Positions 44,809 through 53,106 of a DNA stretch of 64,000 nucleotides are shown here, piece after piece. This DNA comes from Balneolales bacterium. GTDB lineage: Bacteria > Bacteroidota > Rhodothermia > Balneolales > HLUCCA01. Location: NCBI GenBank assembly GCA_024711145.1, contig JANJTJ010000002.1, forward strand, positions 31,593-95,592. Reading direction: 5' to 3'. The notes beneath the pieces are model-generated. The model saw only the letters and a program-made list of their open reading frames with translations. It searched no databases and was not told where the DNA came from. Made by a program: the position numbers and the translations under genes. How positions within the stretch are numbered: the stretch's first letter is position 1; every line of letters begins with the position of its first letter.

Positions 44809-45887
44809 ACTGGTTGACCGACACGCCGGAGGCCTTGTTGATGGAGCTCGTCCGGTTCGAGTCGCTCTCCACCGCGGAAAAGCCCCTGGTGGATGCGTTG
44901 GAGGCTTCCTTGCTCGAAACCGGCCTGGTACGGGTGGAGCGCCATGGCGACAATCTGGTGGTTTCGGTAGGAGAGGGGCGGCCGTGGTTGCTGCTCAATT
45001 CGCATACCGACGTGGTACCCGCTTCGCCCCAGGCCGATTTCCCCCAATTCGAACCGTTCCTGAGAGACGGCCGCGTGTACGGCCGTGGGACCACCGACGC
45101 CAAAGGATGCGGTACCGCCATGCTGAAAGCCTTGGTGGATCTGGCGGTTTCTGGGTGGCGGCCGGCCGGAACCGTATCGGTGGCCCTCACCGTGTGCGAA
45201 GAGACGGCCGGTGAGCACAACGGCATGGAAGCCCTGCGCGGCATCTGGGGCGAGCGCAAACCCGATGCCGCCGTGGTGGGCGAGCCCACGTCGCTGGAGC
45301 CTGTGGTCGCGCAGAAAGGGTTGCTGGTGGTCCGCCTGGATACCCAGGGCGAATCGGGCCATGCGGCCCGCGTGGATGGGGCCAACGCCATCTACCGCCT
45401 GGCGGAAGCCATAGAGGCGGTAGGCGGAATCCGCTTCGAACCCGTCAATCCGTTCATCGGCGGTGTGAAGGTCACGCCTACCACCATGGCCGGTGGCACC
45501 GTGCGCAACGCCCATCCCGAGGCGGCCCACCTGTACCTGGACATCCGCACCATTCCCGAACTGCCGACAACCGACATCCTGGCTACCCTGCGGGCCCGGT
45601 TGCCCGACCACACCCGCATTTCCGTGCACAGCGACCGCTTCGTGGCGGTGGCCACCGATCCGACCGAACGCATCGTGCGGCTGGCCACGGAGGTATCGGG
45701 CAAGGCGCCCGTAGGCTCGCCCACCGCCAGCGATTGGGTGTTCCTGCGGGACGTGCCGACCGTAAAGTTCGGTCCCGGCCACAGTCGTCTTTCCCATACC
45801 GCGGACGAACACCTCGAGATCGCCCAACTCCATGCCGGCGTGGCCCACTACCGCCGCCTCATACAACGCTATTTCGAATCCGCATGA
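44805..45887 (+). CDS. argE: M20-family deacylase (ArgE-like, probably acting on N-acyl-citrulline or N-acyl-ornithine)
   Basis: LLNSHTDVVP, GRGTTDAKG and CEETAG are M20 metal-binding motifs. The GTG start overlaps the argB stop. Confidence 0.8.
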   Translation: MNWLTDTPEALLMELVRFESLSTAEKPLVDALEASLLETGLVRVERHGDNLVVSVGEGRPWLLLNSHTDVVPASPQADFPQFEPFLRDGRVYGRGTTDAKGCGTAMLKALVDLAVSGWRPAGTVSVALTVCEETAGEHNGMEALRGIWGERKPDAAVVGEPTSLEPVVAQKGLLVVRLDTQGESGHAARVDGANAIYRLAEAIEAVGGIRFEPVNPFIGGVKVTPTTMAGGTVRNAHPEAAHLYLDIRTIPELPTTDILATLRARLPDHTRISVHSDRFVAVATDPTERIVRLATEVSGKAPVGSPTASDWVFLRDVPTVKFGPGHSRLSHTADEHLEIAQLHAGVAHYRRLIQRYFESA

Positions 45888-47218
45888 AACACCTTTGGGA
45901 CAAATCCGGTGCCCCCGCTACCGACCGCGCCTGGGCGGACCGCTTCACCTCCGCGGCCGACCGACACTTCGATGCCCGTTTGGTAGAAGCAGACCTATGG
46001 ACCAACGCGGCCCATGCCCGGGTACTGCATCAGGCCGGTGTGCTCGACCGCCAGGAGACCGATGCGTTGCTGGCCGAACTCAGGCGCTTGGAACACCAGG
46101 GCCTGCACCTGACCGATGAGGACGAAGACGTGCACAGCGCCGTCGAAAAAGCCCTCACCGATGCCTTGGGTGCCCCCGGCAAACGCATCCATACGGCGCG
46201 TTCGCGCAACGACCAGGTCCTTACCGACATCCGCATTTTCGTGCGCGACGCCCTCAACGGCATCAGCGATCGGGTGCTTACGCTCATCGACCAGCTGAAA
46301 GCCATGGGTGAGCGCGACGCGGGCATCCTGTACGCCGGTGTGACACACACGCAGCCGGCCATGCCCCTTTCCACCGATGCCTGGGCGGCCGGGTATGCCG
46401 ACCAGCTCTTGCAGGATCTGCACGCCTTACGCGAAGCCTATCGTACGGCCAACCGTTCGCCCTTGGGCACGGCGGCCGGATTCGGCACTCCCTATTTCGA
46501 GCTCGACCGCGATGCCGGCGCCCGGTGGTTGGCTTTCGCCGAAGTGCAACGCCCCGTTGCCGCCGCCCAGTTGTCGAGGGGTCCGGTGGAATCGCGGGTG
46601 TTGGATGCGTGCGGATATCTGGCCGGCACCTTGAACCGCATGGCCGCCGACCTGGTTTGGATGGCCCATCCGGCCCAGGCGTTCGTACGCTTGAGCGACG
46701 ACCAGACCACCGGCAGCTCCATCATGCCCCAGAAACGCAACCCGGACGTATGGGAACTGATCCGTGCCGGAGTGCACCAGGTAGCCGGATACCAGCAGAC
46801 GGTGCGTGGTCTGCACCTGGGATTGGTGTCGGGGTACCACCGGGACCTCCAGGTGCTCAAGCAAGCGGTGGTCCTCGGTACGGACACCACCCGTGACCTA
46901 TGCGACGCGGCCGTGCACGCCCTGCGCGGCACCCGGTTCGATGCGGCCTCGTGCGCGGCGAGCCTGACCCCCGACGTATGGGCCACGCACCATGCCAACC
47001 GCCTGGTACGCGAAGGGTGGCCGTTCCGCGATGCCTACCGCCGTACCGCGGAGGATCTGGCGGAGGGCCGCGTGGGTGCCGGCGAAGCGGGTACCGGATC
47101 CTGGAGGAACGCGGGCGAACCCGGCCGGCCGGTCTGGCCCGACACATCCGGCATCCGGGAAAGCGTCATCCAAGAAAAAGCCCGCATCCAGCGGGCGAAG
47201 AGTCAGTGTTTCGGTTAA
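45884..47218 (+). CDS. argH: Argininosuccinate lyase
   Basis: HTARSRNDQV, the fumarate-lyase signature GSSIMPQKRNPD and the overall ArgH layout. Confidence 0.93.
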   Translation: MKHLWDKSGAPATDRAWADRFTSAADRHFDARLVEADLWTNAAHARVLHQAGVLDRQETDALLAELRRLEHQGLHLTDEDEDVHSAVEKALTDALGAPGKRIHTARSRNDQVLTDIRIFVRDALNGISDRVLTLIDQLKAMGERDAGILYAGVTHTQPAMPLSTDAWAAGYADQLLQDLHALREAYRTANRSPLGTAAGFGTPYFELDRDAGARWLAFAEVQRPVAAAQLSRGPVESRVLDACGYLAGTLNRMAADLVWMAHPAQAFVRLSDDQTTGSSIMPQKRNPDVWELIRAGVHQVAGYQQTVRGLHLGLVSGYHRDLQVLKQAVVLGTDTTRDLCDAAVHALRGTRFDAASCAASLTPDVWATHHANRLVREGWPFRDAYRRTAEDLAEGRVGAGEAGTGSWRNAGEPGRPVWPDTSGIRESVIQEKARIQRAKSQCFG

Positions 47219-47228
47219 TTTAACCTAC

Positions 47229-48155
47229 ATGAACCCCGCCATGCTTCACGACAAATTCCTGGCCGCCTGTCTGGGCGCATCCATCGGAGAAAGCATCGGA
47301 TTGCCGGCCGAAACCCTGGATGCGGCCCGCATAAAAGCCGTATTCGGCCGCATCGATGGTCCGCTCGCAAGGCCCGAATCGGAGGAGTTCCATCCGTTGC
47401 CCGCCGGCAGCACCGGCCGGCAGACCGAAGCCACCCTGGCCGTACTCAAGGCCGGGCATCCGTTGCCCGACCTGGGCGGATTCGCCTTCCACATCAAAGA
47501 CGCCTTCAACCGGTATCCCAACCGGTGGCCCAAAACGGCAGCTTTCCCCTGGCCACCATTCCCCGACGAAGGGCATTACACGTTCGCGTTCGCCCTGCCG
47601 GCCGCTTACCGGTTGTCGGGCAAGGCCGATACGGTGGACACGCTGGCCGAATGGTTGCGGTCGTACACCACCGTGAGCATCGTCTGGCAGCAGGGTACCT
47701 GGATCTATCTGCGGTTGCTGGCCTGCCTGTTCGAACACAACCCGCATACGTTCGACCCCGACCTGTATCTCAAGAAAGCCATGATGTTCGTGGAGGAGGC
47801 CGATGCCTATTTCCCGGGCGACCACAAGATCAAGCGCCGCATGCACACCCTCGATGGCATCGTGCACGGCAACCTGGCCGAAGTGGCCAAGACCTGCGGA
47901 GGAGTCGATTCGGCCGCCGAGAACATGCTGGCCTTCGTGGGTGCCGTCTTCTTCCATCATCCGGTCGATTTCCGGGCTGCCGTAACGGCGGCGGCCAATT
48001 CGGGCGGCCACACCGGCGCCAGCAGCTACTATGTGGGGTCTTTGGTGGGTGCCTTGTGCGGCACCGGGGCCTTGCCGGCCAAATGGTCGGCCACCTTGCT
48101 CGAACGTGAACGGGTGGAGACTGCCGTGGCCACCTATCTCGAAACCACCTCATGA
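47229..48155 (+). CDS. ADP-ribosylglycohydrolase-fold protein with degenerate metal-binding motifs
   Basis: The N-terminus FLAACLGASIGESIGLPAE corresponds to the family pattern G.A.GDA.G.P.E. The C-terminus SGGHTGASSYYVGSLVGALCGTGALPAKW corresponds to GGDTDT...G...G...IP..W. Several acidic ligand positions are replaced. Confidence 0.6.
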   Translation: MNPAMLHDKFLAACLGASIGESIGLPAETLDAARIKAVFGRIDGPLARPESEEFHPLPAGSTGRQTEATLAVLKAGHPLPDLGGFAFHIKDAFNRYPNRWPKTAAFPWPPFPDEGHYTFAFALPAAYRLSGKADTVDTLAEWLRSYTTVSIVWQQGTWIYLRLLACLFEHNPHTFDPDLYLKKAMMFVEEADAYFPGDHKIKRRMHTLDGIVHGNLAEVAKTCGGVDSAAENMLAFVGAVFFHHPVDFRAAVTAAANSGGHTGASSYYVGSLVGALCGTGALPAKWSATLLERERVETAVATYLETTS

Positions 48156-48577
48156 AAGTGACCCTCACGTTGGGGCCCGACGGTCCCTACCACCTCATCG
48201 GCCGCAACGACAGCGGAAACACCGTGACCTTCGACGGAAGCCCGGACATGGGAGGCCTGAATCTGGGTGCCCGGCCCATGCAGACCATGCTCATGAGCAT
48301 AGGAGCCTGCAGCGCCATCGACATGCTCAGCATCCTCGGCAAGCAGCGCCAGCCGGTGGAAGCGTTCGAAATGGAATTGGAAGGAGAGCGTACGGCCGGT
48401 GCGGTACCGGCGCCCTTCACGGCCATCCGGTTCATCTACAAGGTTACCGGCGCCGTGGAACGCGAGAAAGCCGTACGTGCGGCCGAACTCAGCATGGAGA
48501 AATACTGCTCGGCGGTGGCCTCGTTGGACCCGGGCATCCGCATCAGTTGGGATGTGGTGATCGTGCATGGCGCTTAA
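48152..48577 (+). CDS. OsmC/Ohr-family protein
   Basis: 141 aa with the two conserved Cys contexts (SIGACSAIDM and EKYCSAV). Confidence 0.8.
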   Translation: MKVTLTLGPDGPYHLIGRNDSGNTVTFDGSPDMGGLNLGARPMQTMLMSIGACSAIDMLSILGKQRQPVEAFEMELEGERTAGAVPAPFTAIRFIYKVTGAVEREKAVRAAELSMEKYCSAVASLDPGIRISWDVVIVHGA

Positions 48578-49736
48578 GCCCGAAACGCGGGCCATCCGCC
48601 TGCAGTCGGAACGGGTGCGCAGGGAACATTCGGTGCCCCTGTACCTGACCAGCAGTTTCGTGTTCGACGACGCCGAACAGGCGCGGGCCCTGTTCGCGGA
48701 CGAGGTGCCGGGGTCCATCTACAGCCGGTTCTCCAATCCGAATACCGACGAATTCACCGCCAAAATGGCCGATCTGGAAGGGGCCGAAGACGGCGTGGCC
48801 ACGGCCAGCGGCATGTCGGCCGTGTTCACCTCTCTGGCCGGGCTCTTGCGTGCGGGTGACCACCTCATCGCCGGGCGGGCCTTGTTCGGCAGCAGCCATC
48901 AGATCCTCACCCAGATCCTGCCCCGGTTCGGCATTTCGCATACCTATGTGGACGGGTCCGATCCGGCGGCGTGGGAATCGGCCTTGAGGCCCGAAACCCG
49001 CATGGTATTCCTGGAGACGCCTTCCAACCCCGGGTTGGACCTCATCGATCTGGCCGCGGCCGGGGCGTTCGCCGCATCGCACGGCCTCATCCTGAACGTG
49101 GACAACTGTTTCGCGACCCCGGTGCTGCAACGGCCCTTGGAGTTCGGAGCGCATATCGTGACCCATTCGGCCACCAAATGGCTGGACGGCCAGGGCCGCA
49201 CGTTGGGCGGCGTGGTACTGGGTTCCAAAGACCTCATCAAGGAGATCCGGTTCTTCGCCCGGCATACGGGTCCGGCGTTGTCGCCCTTCAATGCCTGGGT
49301 GTTGTCCAAATCGTTGGAAACCCTGCACATCCGCATGCGGGCGCATTCGGATAACGCCCTACGCCTGGCCGAGGCGCTACAGTCCAGGCCGGAAATCGAT
49401 TGGGTGAAATACCCGCACCTGGCCTCGCATCCCCAGTACCCACTGGCAAAACGGCAGATGGATCTGGGAGGCGGGTTGTTGGCGTTTCAGGTGAAGGGGG
49501 GAGTGGACCGCGGCCGGCGGTTCCTGAATGCCCTGGAACTGCTCTCGCATACCGCCAACCTGGGCGATACGCGCACCATCGCCACGCATCCTGCCAGTAC
49601 CACGCACAGCAAACTGAGCGAGGCGGACCGCCTGGCGGTAGGGATCACGCCGGGCATGATCCGCTTGAGCGTAGGCCTGGAGCATACCGACGATGTGCTC
49701 GCCGATCTGCTCCAGGCGCTCGGACGCTCGGCCTAA
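48567..49736 (+). CDS. metZ: O-succinylhomoserine sulfhydrylase (Cys/Met-metabolism PLP enzyme)
   Basis: YSRFSNPNTDEF, ASGMSAV and the PLP lysine region HSATKWLDG, within a MetZ-like sequence. Confidence 0.85.
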   Translation: MALKPETRAIRLQSERVRREHSVPLYLTSSFVFDDAEQARALFADEVPGSIYSRFSNPNTDEFTAKMADLEGAEDGVATASGMSAVFTSLAGLLRAGDHLIAGRALFGSSHQILTQILPRFGISHTYVDGSDPAAWESALRPETRMVFLETPSNPGLDLIDLAAAGAFAASHGLILNVDNCFATPVLQRPLEFGAHIVTHSATKWLDGQGRTLGGVVLGSKDLIKEIRFFARHTGPALSPFNAWVLSKSLETLHIRMRAHSDNALRLAEALQSRPEIDWVKYPHLASHPQYPLAKRQMDLGGGLLAFQVKGGVDRGRRFLNALELLSHTANLGDTRTIATHPASTTHSKLSEADRLAVGITPGMIRLSVGLEHTDDVLADLLQALGRSA

Positions 49737-51421
49737 CGCACCAGGGTCATGATGCGGGATTGAACGCCCGCAGCCGTTTCCAGGCGGTACACATATACGC
49801 CGGAAGCCAGGTCGGTCGCATCGAAGGTGGCCTCGTGGGTGCCTTCGGGCATGGTCCCATTCACCAGCACCGCGATTTCGCGTCCCAACAGGTCGTAAAC
49901 GGCCACTCGTACCGCACCCGCCTCGGCCATCCGGAATCGGATCAGCGTGGTGGGGTTGAAGGGGTTCGGGTAGTTGGACAGGAGTTCGTAACGGGGAGCT
50001 GTCCACTGTCCGCTTTCCTCTGTCGAGGTATCGGTAGGGCCGGTCTGCACGAAACGCAGGGCATCGGCCACCACATAGGTGGCGCCGGCACCGGGAGTGG
50101 CGGCGTTGGAGATGAGGACCTGGTCGGCGGTGGTGCCGGAGAATTCCCAACTGCCGAGCTTGACCCATCTGCTGCCGTTCTGCTGCTGGTTCACCCGCAC
50201 GGTGTCGCGACCGTTGCGGTGCACTACGATGTAGGGCGTGTCGGCCGCACGGTTCGTTGCCGATACCCACCAGCCGTACACATCATATAGAGCTTTGTTC
50301 AGGCCGGGACTGTAGGAGACGGTAGCCGAGCCGTCGCCGGTCGGATGCACCCAGGCACGGCTTTCGCCGAAGTAGCCGATATTCTGGGACTGGAACCAGC
50401 CGGCTCCGTTCACCTGGACCTGACCGCTGAATTCGGTATCCAGTTCGAGCTCGTCGATGGGCGGTACCGGGCGTTTGAGGCTGTCGATCGGAATGATGGA
50501 CAGAATGGTGGGGACGGGCCGCTGTTGGGTGCCTCCGCTGGGCTTGCTCAACAGGGAACCGCGCACGGCCATGGTGGTGGAACCGCCACCGTCCAGGTTC
50601 ATGCCTTTCACCACACCGATTTCCACCAGGATTTCGGCCAGCCGTTGCAGGGTGAGGCCGCCGGAGAAGTTGAAATCGGCCATCATCACACCGGAATCCC
50701 CGGTCAGGAATACGACGGTCTTGCCATCGGCTTTGATGCCGACCGCCGAGCGCGGCACGCGTTGGTCCCACTGAAGGCCGTTGTTGTAGAGTTCCTCGAA
50801 CCGACGCACGTTCACCACGCCGCCTTCCACCAGGTTGGGGCCCGCGCCCACACCGGTCAGAACGTCGCCGTAGTAGTGCCCTTCGGCCCGGGTGGGCATG
50901 GGGGCCGGCGCACCGGTCTGGTTGTTCGGGGGCAGGTCGAACCGGTATAGGTCTTCGATGGCCGGCGTGAAATGATGGATCCAATCTATGCGGGGGGTCA
51001 GGTCGGCTCCCAAACCGAAGAATGCCCGCATGAAGGGGAACACCTTGCCCGATATGGTGGACTGCTTGGGCGTGGCATAGAGCAGCTCGTTACCGGTGAT
51101 CACGGTGGACACGCTGCCACCGCCCGCGATATCGAAGAACCCGCCATTGATGCTGATGTAGGCGCCCACGTCCCGCGAGAACGTGGTGGTCGTCTTGTAT
51201 GGGATGGAATAATAGGCCTGGGCCGTTATGGCCGGGTTGCTCAGGTCGGCTTCCACGCGGGTCAGGTATTCGCGGGTACTGGTGTTCTGACCCACCCAGA
51301 CCCGGATACCGGCAGGCAGGTTATGGTTGGCGGTTTGCTCCACCCAGACGATCTGAGCCTGGAGCGAAGCGGCGGTTACGACCGTCAAGGTCAACAATAG
51401 TAATAAGCGCATGGACGTCAT
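49733..51421 (-). CDS. Secreted phosphodiester glycosidase (NAGPA/DUF2233) family protein with golvesin-C-like domain and T9SS type-A C-terminal domain (562 aa), paralog 1
   Basis: Signal peptide (AASLQA|Q). SINGGFF and GMNLDGGGST (NAGPA). TPYIVVHRNGRDTVRVNQQ...YVVADALRF. C-terminal domain YPNPFNPTTLIRFRM...DLLGREIAVLVNG...ASGVYVYRL. Confidence 0.8.
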   Translation of the reverse strand: MTSMRLLLLLTLTVVTAASLQAQIVWVEQTANHNLPAGIRVWVGQNTSTREYLTRVEADLSNPAITAQAYYSIPYKTTTTFSRDVGAYISINGGFFDIAGGGSVSTVITGNELLYATPKQSTISGKVFPFMRAFFGLGADLTPRIDWIHHFTPAIEDLYRFDLPPNNQTGAPAPMPTRAEGHYYGDVLTGVGAGPNLVEGGVVNVRRFEELYNNGLQWDQRVPRSAVGIKADGKTVVFLTGDSGVMMADFNFSGGLTLQRLAEILVEIGVVKGMNLDGGGSTTMAVRGSLLSKPSGGTQQRPVPTILSIIPIDSLKRPVPPIDELELDTEFSGQVQVNGAGWFQSQNIGYFGESRAWVHPTGDGSATVSYSPGLNKALYDVYGWWVSATNRAADTPYIVVHRNGRDTVRVNQQQNGSRWVKLGSWEFSGTTADQVLISNAATPGAGATYVVADALRFVQTGPTDTSTEESGQWTAPRYELLSNYPNPFNPTTLIRFRMAEAGAVRVAVYDLLGREIAVLVNGTMPEGTHEATFDATDLASGVYVYRLETAAGVQSRIMTLVR

Positions 51422-53106
51422 CGGATCAGGGTCATGGTTCTGGTAGTTGTGGTTGCGGGTGTGGTCAACCGATAGACATAGAGGCCTGTGGCCAAGCCGG
51501 TCGCATCGAAGGTGGCTTCGTGGGTGCCGCCCGGCATCGCACCATTCACCAGGACGGCCACTTCGCGGCCCAACACATCATGGACCGACAGCCGGACATG
51601 GCTGGTTCCGTCCAACCGGAATCGGATCAGCGTGGTGGGGTTGAAGGGGTTCGGGTAGTTGGACAGGAGTTCGTAACGAGGAGCTGTCCACTGTCCGCTG
51701 TCCTCTGTCGAGGTATCGGTAGGGCCGGTCTGCACGAAACGCAGGGCATCGGCCACCACATAGGCCGGCTCCGGACCGCCGGCGGCGGCATTCGAAATGA
51801 TGACCTGGTCGGCCGGGGTACCGGAGAATTCCCACTCGCCGAGGCGCACCCATTGGCTGCCGGTCGCCTGCTGGTTCACCCGCACGGTGTCGCGCCCGTT
51901 GCGGTGCACGACCACGAAGGGGGTATCGGTGGTCCTGTTGTTCGCGGCAACCCACCATCCATACACCTCGTGCCGTGCCCGTTGCAACTGGGGTGCGTAG
52001 GTGATGGAGGCGCTGCCGTCGCCTTTGGGGTGGAGCCAGGCCCGGCTTTCGCCGAAGTAGCCGGGGTTGGCCGATTGGAACCAGCCTGCGCCGGATATGC
52101 TCACCTGCTGCGCGAATTCGGTGTCCAACACCGTTTCGGGCAGGGGAGCGGCCGGACGTTCCACACTGTCGGCATACACCACCGACAAGATGGTGGGAAC
52201 CGGGCGTTGGGTGGTGCCGCCCGAAGGCCGGCTGGCCAGGGTGCCGCGAACCGCTACCGCCGTAGACCCACCACCATCCAGGTTCATGCCTTCGACCACA
52301 CCGAGCGAAACGAGGATTTCGGCCATGCGGTTGAGGGTCACACCGGCGCTGAAGGTGAAATCGGAGGGGATGAGGACGCCGGTGTCGGCGGCCAGGAAGA
52401 CCACCTTGTTGTCGGCCGTGATGCCCACGGCCGAACGCGCGCGATTGGACCCGCCTTCCAACCCGGAACCACCGAAGAAGACCTCTTCGTCGTAGGTGAC
52501 ATGCACCTGGCCATTGCTGACCAGGTTGGGGCCGCCGCCCACGCCGTTGAGCACTTCGTCGAAGCGGGTACCGCCCTCACGGGTGGGGGTTGCGGCGGGA
52601 GAACCGATCTGGTTCGGCGCTACGGCGTCGTACCGGTACATGTCGGCCATGGCGTTTCCGAAATGGTAGATCCAATCGATGCGGGGCGAACCGTCCGGAA
52701 GCATGGCGAAAAACGCGCGGGTGAGCGGGTAGTTCTGGCCGTCCCGGTTCAAGGTCTGCCCGGTGGCCACGACCAGTTCGTTGGCGAACACCACGGTCGA
52801 AACCGAACCGGTGGCGCTGAAGAATCCGCCGTTGATGGAGGCGATGGCTCCCACATCCCGCGAAAAGGTGGTGGTCGTCTTGTAGGTGGGTGAATGGTAG
52901 GCCTGAACCGATATGGCCGGGTTGCCCAGGTCCGCTTCGACCCGGGTGAGGTATTCGGCCGGGGTGCCCCTGGTACCGGTCCATATCCGGACCCCATCGG
53001 GCAGATCGAATTCCGAACTGCGGTCTGTCCAGACCACTTGCGCCTGTGTGGTTTCTACGGCCAAGCCCATGAGGGCCAATGCCATGAGGATGCATGCGTG
53101 CTTCAT
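51418..53106 (-). CDS. Secreted phosphodiester glycosidase family protein with T9SS C-terminal domain (562 aa), paralog 2
   Basis: I take the start as ATG 53106 (MKHACILMALALMGLAVETTQA|Q). The architecture and length match paralog 1. ATGA overlaps occur with both neighbouring genes. Confidence 0.8.
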   Translation of the reverse strand: MKHACILMALALMGLAVETTQAQVVWTDRSSEFDLPDGVRIWTGTRGTPAEYLTRVEADLGNPAISVQAYHSPTYKTTTTFSRDVGAIASINGGFFSATGSVSTVVFANELVVATGQTLNRDGQNYPLTRAFFAMLPDGSPRIDWIYHFGNAMADMYRYDAVAPNQIGSPAATPTREGGTRFDEVLNGVGGGPNLVSNGQVHVTYDEEVFFGGSGLEGGSNRARSAVGITADNKVVFLAADTGVLIPSDFTFSAGVTLNRMAEILVSLGVVEGMNLDGGGSTAVAVRGTLASRPSGGTTQRPVPTILSVVYADSVERPAAPLPETVLDTEFAQQVSISGAGWFQSANPGYFGESRAWLHPKGDGSASITYAPQLQRARHEVYGWWVAANNRTTDTPFVVVHRNGRDTVRVNQQATGSQWVRLGEWEFSGTPADQVIISNAAAGGPEPAYVVADALRFVQTGPTDTSTEDSGQWTAPRYELLSNYPNPFNPTTLIRFRLDGTSHVRLSVHDVLGREVAVLVNGAMPGGTHEATFDATGLATGLYVYRLTTPATTTTRTMTLIR

